Of a stretch of 64,000 bases of DNA, positions 14,650 to 27,899 are shown piece by piece. The stretch lies in NCBI GenBank assembly GCA_011109175.1, contig RDEW01000007.1, forward strand, positions 1,675,842 through 1,739,841, in the 5' to 3' direction. The position numbers and the translations under genes were made by a program. Source of the stretch: Dicyema japonicum. Taxonomy: Eukaryota; Animalia; Dicyemida. The first letter of the stretch is position 1, and each line of letters opens with the position of its first letter. Under the pieces are notes generated by a model. The model was not told the origin of the DNA, did no database searches, and saw only the letters and a list, made by a program, of their open reading frames with translations.

Positions 14650-15450
14650 CTTATCTCCAAGACCATTTAAGAAATTGTGAACATTAGATTGAACCAAGCT
14701 TTTTTACCCGTATGATTTGGGGACATCGGCCAAACTTCTGTTGTGGACGTATCCTTACCATCCTTCATGTCCTCTTTATCGTGAAACGAGTTTCTCATCC
14801 GGACCATTCTGTCAGATTTCTACAAATCGACTCTGGACGACAAAATTGCTGATGGGTTGAAGAGCTGGTCGATGGCTTCCGGAGAAACCCCTCCTAGAAA
14901 CTGGACCACCATTCTGTACAAAAATATTCATTCGACCCTTATGGAAACGGAAGACTTGCACTGCAGGGATTGCATTCTGACGGACTCTTCCTCTCACAGC
15001 GGTGCTTGGCTGAACGCGTTCCCATCATCGTCAATTGGTTCCCTTCTGGAACAGGAAGCCTTCAGGAATGGGATATCTATTCGTTTCGGGATCGACCTGT
15101 GCCAGCCTCATTCATGTCGTTGTGGAGCTGTTGTGGACTGCAAAGGACTTCACCCGCTCTTTTACCGTCTCAGCAGAGGCCGGTTCCCGAGGCATGCCGC
15201 CATCAACGGGGTTGTAAAGAGCTCTCTAGAGGAGACTGGATTTCCGTCATCTCTGGAACCGATGGGCCTGGATCGTGGAGATGGAAAGCGCCCAGACGGG
15301 GCAACTTTCTTCCCCTTCTCTCGGGGAAATGCTTGATCTGAGATGGGGCCTGTACCGACACCTTTCCCACTCGAGACTTGCTGGTTCCGCGTTGAAAGCT
15401 GGGGAGGCTGTTCGGACTTTCAAAAAGCAGATTCCACGACATCAAATTTG
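14650..15450 (+). mobile_element. CRE-clade non-LTR retrotransposon 3' fragment (CCHC + RLE)
   Basis: HSGAWLNAFPSSSIG..CRCG..GLHP..RH..LEPMGLDRGDGKRPDG. Confidence 0.88.
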
Positions 15451-15780
15451 GAAAAAGAATCTATCAGGACAAGAATCTATAATTAGACCCAAGATTAATC
15501 TTCGCTAAGTTCAGAATATCTACTTAAGTCAACAAGGTATCTGTCACGTGGAGCATATGCTATTATTGGTGTAATTGTTGTTTTAGTGGCCATCAAACGC
15601 AAAGATACAACACTAAATACTTCATTTTTCATGATAGCGTAAATTTTGTTTTTAGTAAACTATAGAGCCTGTCACTAACTAAAAACTAAGTAGGTGGTCT
15701 TGGGTGTTAAATAAGTAGTTTGGTTTTAGTTAGTTTTGGTTTTACCGTGGTCTTGGGTGTTATTTATTTTATTTAATAAC

Positions 15781-18330
15781 CTTGGGAACACCAGAAAGAA
15801 AGACAAAAGAGTCAGACAGTTAGGTGATCCCAGTCCTCGCAATCACTTGTGCCATTCGACGTCTGTGATCCTCCATCGTCCCCACTACTTTCCGGAAGAG
15901 CCTTCTCTCGGTCTTGCAGAGGAATCCGATCGGGGAGGGGAATTTCTTATCCAATCGGTTTTCTCTTGCCATGGGAAGGATCAGGCGAAGCGGATTTCCA
16001 TCTTCCTCACAGAGGCGAAGAAATCCGGAGCCACGACTACGGATCTTAGCTTCCATGAGTAGTGGGTCGACTGTTGATCCATTACGTGGGCAAAGCATAC
16101 TGATTGTTTTCCGGTATATCGAGTTGATTCTTTGGACCATAGACTCCGATAGCCCGAATCTCCATGCAACGGAGGCATACTCAATGGCAGGCGCGATTGT
16201 TTGTTGGTAGAGGGTAGAAACGGAAAAGTCCATGTTCCTCGTGGTCCTCCGAACAAGGGCGCGTATAACGTTAACTTTCTGGAGGCCCCTGGTGATCATG
16301 TCTGTTGCGTGGGAGTTGAATTTGAGAAGGCTGTCGTACTTGACTCCAAGGACAGTGGGGGACTTGTCACTGGAATCCTAGTGGGACCAATGAAAAGACT
16401 CGGTTCATCCTTGGAACGACGGTCCGACGTGAATGTGGAACAGATAGACTTGGTTGCAGAAATCGTTAGTCGATTGCCAACAATCCAATCGTGGAGAATG
16501 TTCAATTTTGTCTGAGTTTTAAGGGATGCGACTTGCGTCGAGCGGTTCCGTATTGCAATGACTACGTCGTCTGCGTAGGATAATAACAGGGAATCTTCGT
16601 CTCCATCATTAGGTAGGTCGTGTAGGAAGGTTGAATAGAATTGGTGAAAGTGGAGACCCCTGGGGTACCCCGTTCGGTAGTAATCGTGATCTAGATCTGA
16701 GATCACCACTGACTACTCTTCCACGTCTTCCAGACAAAAAGTTGGCCAGCCATAATTTCACATTCGGACGAATATTAGTAGAAAATATTTTTCCAACCAG
16801 GATTTTCCTCGAAACAGTGTCAAAGGCTTTGTTGATGTCAATAGAAACCAAGATTGTGCGTTTGTGAGGCGGAGGATGGGTGTTAAAACCGTCGGCAATG
16901 AACTGCGATAAAGTTGCCAAGTATGTAGCGGTGGACCTACCGCGGAGGAAACCATGTTGAAATATAGGACGCGTGGAAGATACGGAATAATGACTGATAA
17001 TACAAGTTTCTCCATAATTTTTGACAGTGTGCTGGTAACGGAAATAGGCCTGTAGGATGCAGGTTCTGTCTCTGGTTTCCCAGCCTTCAATATCGGTCTG
17101 ATGATAGAATTCTTCCAAATCTTGGGAATAATATTATAGTTAATGGACAGGTTGTATATATGCGTGAGGTAGCCAATTGCGTAGTGGCTTAGGTGTTTTA
17201 GGTGAATAGAAGATACTTTGTCAGGCCCGCACGCCCGTGAGCTCTTTAATCTGATGATCACATCCAAGACTTGGTCATCTGTGAATAGTTCGTGGTAAGG
17301 TTCCTTCTTCGGTTTATGGGCACGCACCTTAATGTCCAGGTGTTTCGAGAATGGTTTGAAGCTAATTCCAGCGTAATGTTTCATAAGGTGTTAGGATGTA
17401 GGTGGCATAAGTGTTCAGGAGAAGACTTTCCGGTTCCGTCTGCATCATCCAGCTCCGACTTGACTTGTTTAAGAGTTTTCCAGAAATGTCGGGATGAACT
17501 TTTCCTGTCGAGGTGGTTAACTAGATGCTGCCATCTCTTGTCCTTGTGTTCTTTTATGCTCTGACAGATCCTTTTATTCAGTTGTCTGAGGGCTGTCAAA
17601 GACTTCATGTCCAACAGATGGCATCTCTTCAGCCGGTCTCTTTGTTTTATAAGACTTATTGTATAAGAGCTGAGGGTAGGAATAAACTTCTTGTATGACG
17701 ATATAGGAATAAAAATATGGTCAGCTTTCTGAATGGCAGCGCTGATAATTTCTGCGGCCTCGTCAATAGAGCGTATTGGGAGGATAATCTCCGGCCAAGA
17801 ATTTATCCACAAGGTTACTGAAACCAGACCAGTCAACCTTCGTATAATCCTTGAATCTTTTTGATTCCGCCGGCCGTCTCCTGTATCGTCGAAGACCACT
17901 CAGTTTTAGAAGGATTGGATTATGGTCACTGGAGAAGCCGTAAAAGACGTTCCAGGAAATGAGTCCAGCCAGAGAAGGTGAGCATACGTGTTAAGTCGGG
18001 GGATGTGCAGCTATCAGTCATCCTTAATGGGGTCCTCGTATGTGAGTTAGGGTTGTTCAGTATAATCAGGTCAGGAAGATAATTTGCAATGAGTTCTCCT
18101 CGGTTATCAGAGGATTGGGAAGTGAGCCAAACTGGATGTCGTGCATTAAGATCCCCACATAACAGTAGATTTTTCAATGTTGAAATGCGTGATAAATCAG
18201 GGGTGTAAGATGACGGACATGATCCTTGTGGAGGAATATATAAATTAGCCAAATGGATCCAAAAGGACGGGAATAACTCGATTTTGACAGTAATCTGCTC
18301 CAAAGTCTTGTCGGAGCCAAGAAGCTCTGA
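15781..18330 (-). mobile_element. L2/Jockey-like LINE (APE + RT), 5'-truncated, frameshifted
   Basis: LYIPP, CGDLNARH, SYRPIS, QHGF, SIDINKAFDTV, GVPQGSPLSP, SYADD. 3' UTR and (ta)-rich tail near 15765-15815. Confidence 0.93.
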
Positions 18331-18425
18331 GGTCTTGGGTGTTAAATAAATAGAGCCTGTGTATAATTATTTAAAGATAATATAGATAGTTTTATTATTT
18401 TTTAATACATATTAATTTCAGTAAT

Positions 18426-18465
18426 TAGTTTGGTTTTACCGTGGTCTTGGTTTGTTAAATAAATA
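18426..18465 (+). mobile_element. 40-nt LINE-tail-only insertion with 12-bp TSD
   Basis: tagtttggttttaccgtggtcttggtttgttaaataaata flanked by aatttcagtaat at 18414-18425 and 18466-18477. Same tail as 60843-60882. Confidence 0.85.
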
Positions 18466-18879
18466 AATTTCAGTAATGAAGTTTTATTGGAAAAATAAGG
18501 GTACAGTCAACGCCGTGTCCAGGCTATGGACGGTGACATTAACTTATCACTATTTTTGATAAGAAAATAGCTGAGACACTTAAATTAGATATTATAAAGC
18601 AGTATTGATATTTGTTGATCACTCAGAAGAAAATAATGTGATCCCATTTCCCACAATCGTTTGAACTTTCGAGTGACTTTATCTTATGAAACGGAAGTCT
18701 GTAATGGACTATTTGAGGATGGATTTGGGCGTCACAAGCAGACTTTCTCCCTCGGGTTACTTCCTTGGATTAATTAGTAGTGACCGTTTGTGCTGGTTTT
18801 ACCTAAGATTGTAATGAATAAAACAAGTCCGTCAATTAATTAACATAACATTAAGCATCTGCGTCATTTGGTTTAAGCA

Positions 18880-19055
18880 TCAAATCAATTTAATAACTCT
18901 GGATATACCGGGAAAAGGCCGAGTGCTAATTAATGTCCATTTAAGGTACATCCAGTTCCCAAAGTTGAAGATAGATGTAGTGGCGTGAGAATCGAACCAC
19001 AGCTGATCACGACTCGAGCTACAGTAGTGACCACTATGCAGTCTCCCTCGAGCAT
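18880..19055 (-). mobile_element. tRNA-derived SINE head of a different family (similar head at ~43250-43325, minus)
   Basis: Sense strand tgcatagtgg...ggttcgattctc gives A/B boxes but no intact cloverleaf. Confidence 0.45.
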
Positions 19056-19414
19056 CGGATCAACCTAAAAAGAAGTTAACAACCAATCAAGTTTATTTAG
19101 TACCAATTGTCACATGAACAGAGTCCTTCCAATGCCACACAAGTTTATCCAAAACCAGCATAAAGGGTGGATGAAGGAATTTCCTTGCTGTTGTGAAAAC
19201 CCCTCCAGTAGAGTGTAAAAGAGTGAATACTTTTTTTACATGCCACCCTAGCATTGGACGACGGATCATATGACGCCTCTCCTATAAAAGAGAAGAAGAA
19301 GGACACAAGAGACAGAAAATCTTCAATCAAGTAGACACATAGTACCACATTAATGTTGTCGTCATGCGGCCCAAGATGGTGTCGAACATCAGATCAATCA
19401 ATAAGGTATCTCCT

Positions 19415-20569
19415 AATAAATGCAATTATTATAAGCACTTATCGTTATGTCATAGGAATTGACAAAGCATGTGCAACACGAGTTAGCAAATCACTGGTTA
19501 GTTTCATCCACTTCCTCCTATTCAAAGCCGCAGCGCGCAACCAGTCCAGATCCTCTCCACTTGCAAGATGCCGTCCCATTTCTTTGAGGTCCTCGTCGAG
19601 AACGACTGCCAGTGTCGTCCTTGGGCGACCACGGAAACGGGGGGCCTCCAACATGAAGTAATCCTCCATGGCTACGTTCGCGGGGGCATCTAGGTCCAGT
19701 CGCAGAATATGGCCGAAAAGCCTCCATCGTGTATCCAGAATCTCATTAGAAATTTCTGAGGTCTTCGTCCTCTTATAAAGAAGATTAGATGACATCCTCG
19801 TATCACTTCTTTCGAACATCATATGCCGTAGTTGGTCTCTATGAAACGCATTAAGCCTCTTCAGTTCATTTCTTGAGCAGGCCCAGGTACCAGCGTTATA
19901 CAGTAGTATGGGTTTCACTAGCGAGTTGTATAATCGAGTTTTTGTTATAATGTCAAGGCCCTTTTTGTGGAGCCAGGTGTTCTTTAATCTGGAGAGGGCA
20001 GTTTGTGCTAGGGTTTTCCTTCTCGTAATTTCTTCATGGTCTCCTAGGAGGGAGCCAAGCTTTTTGCACTTGCGCCAGTACTCCTCCGTCCTTGTTTCTT
20101 CCCTCTTGAGTTCAGTTACCTCAGTCTTGTCCGGATTTACTGTTAGGAACCATTCGGCTAGTCTTCCAGGCACTTCTTCCATCAAGCGGGTGAGCGGTAT
20201 TTTGTCATTTGAAGTAAAGTCTACGTCGTCAGCATACGCAATAATGTTTGTCTTTTCACCCATTATCGGTTTTGACTCCCATAAAGCAGCTTCAAGGTAT
20301 ATGACAAAAAGTATAGGTGATAATGGGTCTCCCTGTGGAGTGCCAACAGTCGTCTCAAATCGGCGAGACAAGGCTCCCCCGACTCTTACAGTGAGCCAAG
20401 TATCAGCTAGGAGGGTGGTAGCCATTCTGACAGTAGAAGCGTCTAGGAAACTTTCCAAAACCAGTATTAGCCTCCGTCTGTCGACAGAGTCGAAGGCCCT
20501 CGAAATGTCGATTCCGAGGATGGTTGTAGACATTTTGAACTTTTGAAACGGCCTCAGATCTCCAATCAA
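19415..20569 (-). mobile_element. RTE-clade retrotransposon, 5'-truncated, open RT C-half
   Basis: GIDISRAFDSV, GTPQGDPLSP, AYADD, KKLGSLLG, RWRLFGHILR, RGRPRTT in a 374-aa ORF. Confidence 0.95.
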
Positions 20570-20693
20570 TGCAATTTAAATAAATTTTTTAAGTTTTAAA
20601 AAGTTTACTGAATTTATTAATAATAATAAAATTTAAAATGTTTAATAAAAGTGATTATTAAGTATAATAATTTCAATTGACCTTGTTTTGAAT

Positions 20694-22215
20694 ATGCAAG
20701 CTATCAACAGTGATGAACTCGTATTCCTTTTAATATTTGTTTCCTCAATATTTATTGGATATTTTGGGAGGTTCGTTCACTGTGGGAGACAGAGATACGC
20801 CTTCTACGGCTTCATGGGATTATTTTTATCCTTAATTTCGTCAGTTCATTACTTCTTGACCGTATTTGCCATGTTTTTGGGCAATTATTTTATTCTAAAG
20901 TTTCTAAATCCAAAGTATTTATTTATTTTATCAGATTTATTCAAATTTCGAGCTTTGGGTGGTCTATCTCCATCCTCGGATTAATCAGAGTCGCCATTTT
21001 TTATGATCTTTGCAAATTCAACGAGTTTGGAAATGTCATATTACTTATAATCACCTTGCGCGTAATCTATTGGGGTCACTTTTAGGTGGTTTGCTCGTCC
21101 TTTGAGATTTATGATCTCTCCGTATTTCACGACGATTACTGGGCCATTCAGAGAAGTGGGCGCGAATTTAACACAAATTCAATGGAATCTCCAGAAAAGT
21201 TTAGGGATCACTTTGTTCCGTTGAGATTCTTTGAACTTTTCTGTTATACCTTTTCACTGATCGGCATCTGCAGTGGTAAACACACGTGTTATTTAAACTT
21301 AGGGCCTTTTTACACGTTCAGGTGCTTTCGACACATGATTGAGAGGCGGAGTTTTAATAATGTTGCGATAAGAAGACATTTCATGGAAAAAATGAAGCTC
21401 ATGATCTTTTGTGTCCGTCTTATTTGGTCTTAAACTCAATTTTTGTCCCAAGGTTAGTTTTTGCGGCAATTTCAGTTCGAGACTACACATGAGTTCTATA
21501 ACTCCGCTTTTCTGTACAAATATTTGTACATTTCCGCGGTTTTTTTGGTTTTCCGTCTCAGGTTTTACAGTGCGTGGACTGCCGCACACTTGTCGTGTAT
21601 CACCAGCGGGTTGGGGGCCTATCCGGTCTCCAGTAAGCCAAAAAATGGGTTTGGACCTACTCAGTTTGAGTACATCGCGGAAGAGGGGGAGGTCGGGTTC
21701 GAGACAGTGAGGAACATGGATATTTACGATTGTGAGTTTTCGACGACCGTGAAGAAAGCGCTGGTCTCTTGGAACTCAACGGTTCACTACTGGCTCATCT
21801 TTGTGGTGTATTCTAGGATTAATTTGTAACAAAGTGGGTTTAGTGAAGATATCGACGGTTCGTGACCACGTTTGTTAGCACTTTTTGGCACGGGATCCAC
21901 CCGGGATATTACCTGGGAATGATGTTCTCGCCGTTCTGCGTGGTCATTGAGATGTTTTTCTCCTCACGTGCTCTTAGGGTGGTCCCAAAGTCGCTGGAGT
22001 GGGTTTTTCACAGGTTTGGTGGATTAATGGGAATTTAGTTTCATGTGGTTTTATCGTACGTCTCAGTTCAGTTTTATGTCAATTCCTTTATTCTGCTCAA
22101 GTTTGATGACATCTTATTTGTTTGGAGCTCTGTTGGCTTTTATGGATTTGTTCTTCTTGGGTTCTTACTCTTTTCTGGGATTTTGATGAGACTGATGCCT
22201 GTTGACTTGAATTAA
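20694..22215 (+). CDS. MBOAT7: Lysophospholipid acyltransferase 7 / LPIAT1
   Basis: GPFY, FRLRFYSAW, GLGAYP..GFGPT, FETVRNMD, WNSTVHYWL, STFWHGIHPGYY. Introns include 20915-20934, 21062-21085, 21276-21302, 21453-21475. A few frameshifts. Confidence 0.92.
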
Positions 22216-23339
22216 CTGTTTAATTTAAGGTTCTTAATTTAGTGGTGTTTATTGTTGGGTAGGGTTATAGTTAGTCACGTGGGTTCGTTTGTTTTTTATT
22301 TTTAAATTAACTCTGTTATTTGGAATATCGTGTTCGTAACTGAGTATTTTGGGTTGGTTAGTCAAATAACCCCAGCCTCACTAACTTGTAGGAGGCCAAC
22401 AGCTGTTAAATGTACGCAGCAAATGCCGGTCAATCCTATGGATTGGTCAGTCCTGGCATTGCAGACGAAACAAAATTTGGTTTAGTAAGGAGTTTTCATC
22501 CACTTAAAGGTCTTTGTGCGTGTGTGTTATTTCCGTAGAAGAAAACTCGAAGTTGTGACAAATAACTGCGCTAACATTTGTCTTTAACTAGCTCTTAGAG
22601 GGAAGTGTGAGCACAGTCCTTAGCGCAACTCCAATTGACGTTGTGGGTTGTCATACAAAATATACCAAAGGGAAATGATTCTAGTAAATAAGACGTCTAA
22701 AAACGTTGAAGATTTACTGGATTAATAAACTATTAGCTCGGTTCGTCGCTCACATCGGTAACATAACACAACATTTTTTTATTAATGACCAAGACATAGA
22801 GCTACGTTATTAAAAATCCTGCCGTGAGGCCTGAATTCTTTCGCAGTTTTACCCCCTCTAGCTTCACAGTATCTTCTGAATGAACGTGTCATCCACTTTG
22901 GTCCTCAGGAGAAAACCCTCGATCTGTTCCACTACCACGCTCCTTACTGATTTTATCAGAGTTTCCTCTTTCTCATCCAGTGGTTCTTCACCCTTTTTAT
23001 CAAGAACTAGCTTGATTGCCATCCTCCTCGTCTTGTCCAAAAGATTAATTATTTTTCTCTTTCGTACAAATGCATCAGGATATACAAAGGGTTTCCACAA
23101 TGTCACTTTTTTTAAAAAACGTGGTTGCTGTGACGATGGGTGAAAAATGGTTTAAAAAGTTAGTGCAAAAGGATCGAAAAGTGCGACAGTAAAAGTTAGC
23201 AGTTCTCCACTGACTACAGAAGCTGCTACTGTGAACAAGTTTGAAGAGGAGATCAAGACAGTTTGAATATCTACAGAAACTGAAAAGAAGTCTATTCCTC
23301 GTGATCCTCCAGCTTTTGAATACTCCTGCAAACCTTGTG

Positions 23340-24000
23340 TCGATCTCAATAGACCCACTATTTTCGACTTGAAAAAATTGTTAGAAAATTTCTCGACAAT
23401 AGTGATTGGATCCCCATACGGATGTTCAATTTTTTAATTGAAGAGAAGGATTCGTCCCATTATCTTTTTGAATAAGAACCTTTAAGTAACTAAAAATAGA
23501 ATACAATATCTCTAACATCTAATTCATACTTTGATCGATGTGACATCAACTTGTTCATTTTTTAAAAATATGAAGACTGCAAATTCACCCTCTCATTGTT
23601 CTTCTGGGGTTTTTACTCTTTTCGGGGATTCTGATGAGACTGATTCGCCAGGCGAAGCCATCAATTTTGATGAACTTCTTTTGAATATTTCACCAATCTC
23701 CTGACTCTGGGATTGTTGGCCTTCCATGGATTTGAGTGATATTGAATTCTTCGTATAACCTGGCAATGTGCATATTCTCGAGTTCGGTCTGGTTGTCAGG
23801 TTGTACATATCTGCACGAACTATATCCATTAAAATCTCTTAAATTATCGGTGACTTCAACACCATTTTTAAGATTCCTTGTTAAGGCATATTTGGAATAG
23901 ACGTCACTCACAGATAAAAACCAAGAAAAATGATCACTCTCATTTTCAAACCTAATTTTATCCCTTTTAGGTCAATCATATCGATCTGAATGAATTCCTG
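23340..24000 (-). mobile_element. Ginger-like integrase transposon relic
   Basis: IQIDMIDLK..DVYSKYA..DN..E..QIHGRP..QSQ. Its C-terminus matches 27400-27470. Confidence 0.8.
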
Positions 24001-24009
24001 TCATCGAGC

Positions 24010-24260
24010 CACAGTGGATTCAGGACAGGCAGATCTACCACTGATGGGGCATAGGTGGCGTTGTGCCACTTACCAAAGATTTGAGAGTGCGACTACAATT
24101 TTGGGAATCGACATGTCGAGAGATTTCGACACAATTCGCCGAGGAAAGCTTATTGATGCTTTGCGGGGATTCCTTAATAGGGATTATGTCAGGATGATAG
24201 AAGTTTTATTGTCGAACACAGAACTGACGGTACGAGTTGGTAGTACGTCGTCCAGCAAAA
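24010..24260 (+). mobile_element. RTE RT fragment
   Basis: TTILGIDMSRDFDTIRR..LLSNTELTVRVG, homologous to the RTE at 19445-20569. Confidence 0.8.
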
Positions 24261-24699
24261 AAGAATTACAAGAACTTGCTAATGAAGATAAAATAACTCA
24301 AACAGAAATGCTGGTGCTGAAAATGGAGATATTATTATATATTAAAAAATAATAATAATTAAAAATGAAATTAGTATATTTATTTCCTTCACAATCCGAA
24401 AAACATCCAAATTTTTTTTGTTCGGATTAATGAGGGTTTACTGTATAACCCATTCTCGAAAATTTGACCTATAAAAATACATATTTTTAAGATAAAGAAT
24501 ATATTTAAAAAAGAAAACAACTAAAGTATTTTTGTTAAGAGGCCAAGATTTGAAGGCGTTCCACTTTTACTTCTCTTACTTTGTTGCTAAGGTGGTTTCG
24601 ACAACTGCGTGAACAACTTTTTCCATTTATGAAATTGACAAAAACTGCTAAAAAAAACAATACTCACTTATGAAAATTTATCCGCTTTAAAAAAAGTCG

Positions 24700-26300
24700 A
24701 AACTACACGAATAACTGAGCCCAACATATAAAAAATCGTATCTCTTCAAAGTAAGTTCTCATCCGATACTAGAGAGAAAGACGTCTGTCATCTCTCCACG
24801 ACCTAGAAGTCTCCTCCGCAATAAATTAAATAGTAATTTTCTGAGTGATTCGTACTCTAGGATTTTCCAGTACTCCGCCTTGTCAGCTGCGTCCCCAGGT
24901 GAGTATGTCGCCGTCAACGATTTGGCCCCAGACAGTGTCCACACATGTGGCGTCCCAAACAAGAGATTTACCGTGGAAGTAGGAAATAATGACATCCCGT
25001 CTGGTTTCTTCCCATCGCTTCTGTTCAAGTATAAGGGTTTTAGTTGAGCCGGAAACCTCCCTGCTCTTAGGGCCCTGTAGAACAACGTCATTGAGAACTG
25101 CATGTCCCGGGCACGTCCCGCGTTTCGTCTGCAAAACAAAGGATGTAGGCCTTTGGTGTCGACGTTCCCTCCACAACGGTATCTGTGTCGCTGGCATACA
25201 CCAAATCTGAATCAAAGTACCACTCCGATCCTCAGGCAATTTTCGTCATGGAGTGTTCCGAGAACGAGCATTGTATGGGCTTCAGACCAGACCCCATTTC
25301 TACGATGTGCGACTAATGTGATACGTGCAAGCCAGTGTTGGTTAGCTCCTATCTTCGAACTTTTTATCGTCCTTGTACTGTCACTTGAGTCAAGCTTCCC
25401 TGACTAGCAATTTTGATCGGGAATTCCATGCCCGTCTTCCCCCACAGCATAAACTTTATCGAACTTGGCGCCCAAGGTAAGTCCATTTGCGTTACGTAGG
25501 ATTTTTGGACCAAGCGACTACTGTTTGTAAACGATGAGAGATAAGGTGATAGGGCAGCTTCCACGGGGGACCTTACCCCAATGCCCTTTCTCACAGGCAT
25601 CTTGCACATTATCCATCCCAGTTCATCGAACTTGAAATTTAGTATTGACTCCGCAGACTGTTCTAGGTTACTATCAGCTGATAGTAGTGTGCTCCGGTGC
25701 TCAAATCAAGCTGAACCTCTCAAGAAGTACTTCACCTTCGAAATAGTAATGCATTATTGAAACAATTCTTAATTGTTGTCGTAGTCTTCGTAACAGTGAA
25801 CATCGGAGTAGATATAAAAGCTTGGGTAGTCCTATGTTGTTTCTCATCAGGTAGAAGGATGTGTGAGAGTCGAGACATGACAATCTTTTCGCGAGGCGTG
25901 TTAATTCTTCATTTTTGGAAAGTAAATGGTTCTTGAGTTCTTCTTCGCTGAGTAGGCATCCGAGGAAATATAACTGGCACAGTCGGGATCCAGGAAGCAG
26001 TTCGTTAAAAGACTCCTTGACAGAGAGAGAAAGTTAGTGTTTTGATATGAGACATTTACTAGCTCTGATTTGTTAACATTGATGTCCAAGTCCAAGTGTT
26101 TTAAAGTGGGTAACGCTCTACGTAATGAATTGTACGTTTCCTTGAATGATCCTCTAATTGTGGCATCGTCAAGATACCAGAGATAAACGCCTTGCTGCAT
26201 AAACCGCAGCCTCACATCCGTTCTGGATACTGACACCCATTTGTTTAGGAAAGAACTCCTCTCCAAGTTGTCGGCTCACCAGGGTCGATGCTACCTTTGC
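24700..26300 (-). mobile_element. Degenerate CRE-clade retrotransposon
   Basis: LWYLDDATIRG, IGLPKLLYLLRCS, RSDGKKPDG, KSLVWDATCVDT. Confidence 0.9.
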
Positions 26301-26329
26301 TCAAGTCTTCTGAAATAGTTGCTGACCGC

Positions 26330-27530
26330 AATGGGGCGTAGATTCATGAGGCCAATCATTGTGGGCACAATGCATTGGAAGCTCTTTGTATGAGAAGATT
26401 TTTTACAATAAAAAGAAAAATCATTCGACAAATTGTTAGAGAATGCAATATTTGCCAATGCTCAGTACCACTAGAACAATATGATGATTCAACTCATATT
26501 GTTGCCGATGCGCCTAATGAGAGATTTCAAGTCGATCTGATTGATCTTAAAAGGTATGAAAGTATATGTTTTTTATAGATTTAAAAATCAAAATAATCAG
26601 TTTTCATGGTTGCTTTCTGTTGTTGATGTTTATTCCAATTATGCTTTTACGAAAAATCTTATGAATAAAAGTGGAAATGAAGTGCCCATAAACTAGAAGA
26701 AATTTCCATGGAATACGGCCCATGTGCATATTTACAATCGGACAATGTACAGAGTTCAAGAATTGTCATGTGACAAATTTATGCAAAGAATTTAATGTGA
26801 CGCAAATACATGGAAGACCCAACAATCCCCAAAGTCAAGGGACTGTGGAGATATTTAACCAGACGATCACAAGAAGTTGGTCGAAAATGATGAGTTTGGA
26901 TAGTAAAAAGGTGTGAGTGAGATACATTTCAAGGGCTGTTTTTTATGCAATCAAATGTCTCACTCATCCACAGGTAAATTGTTTTTTATATTTTTTTCGT
27001 AGGAGTTAGTCCGTTTCAAAAATATCATGGGATTCCAGGATTTAATACTGTAGTAGAAAACAATACTGAACGGCAATCGTGAGAGGCAACGCAACGTCGA
27101 TAATGTCGGCGGGGTCCACTTTGGATGGATGGCAGTTTTAAATATGATTTACTGGGATAAATTAACTGATTATTTTCTAAAATTGATTTATTTTATTTTA
27201 GATGAATTTGAGTTTAATTTTCCTAAAATTAATTTGGAGTCTTCATATTATAAAAGGATGAATAGGAAAATGGGAGTACATCGCTCAAGATATGATTTGG
27301 ATGTTGTATGATATCGTATTTTATTTTTAGTTAGTTAAAAGACTCGCATTCAAAAGGATTATGGGACCAATTTTTCTTTTTGATTAACAAAGTTCGAACC
27401 TCCGTACGGGGATCCAGTTACTATTGTTGCAAAATTGTCTAACATTTTTGTCAATGTGGAAAATAGTGATGGATCGGTATTGAAAATACATTCAAAAAGA
27501 CTTAAAAAGTCGAATGTAGTCACTAATAAC
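26330..27530 (+). mobile_element. Ginger-like (Gypsy-type integrase) DNA transposon with tiny introns; small inverted fragment at ~27720-27785
   Basis: HHCC zinc finger (H..H..CNIC), ERFQVDLIDL, VVDVYSNY, HGRPNNPQSQGTVE, HSSTG|VSPF. No RT or LTR seen. Introns 26554-26578 and 26974-27002. Confidence 0.85.
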
Positions 27531-27899
27531 AGTTAAAAATAATAATTATTCTTAATCTTTTTTTAACAAAATAATTTTTTTAACAATTTAAACAAATGTC
27601 AGTTGAGGAAGCCTGCTGTGTGGATTGCGAACGAGTTCCCTCGGAGTATGGCCATTCCAATCTTTTGTCTTAGCCATAACCTTCTTGTTGATCCCTTTTC
27701 TTTCTGGCAAGCAATCCCTATTGTTAGGTTTTCCATGTATTTGCGTCACATTAAATTCTTTGCATAACTTTGTCACATGACATTCTTAATCTTGAAAAAA
27801 TTAAGTTAATTTGATTGATTGACTTGATTGATTGACTGGTCGCGCGTAGCGCTCGGTCGCTAAATGCGCTCGCGACATATTGTTATGACACGTCTGAAT

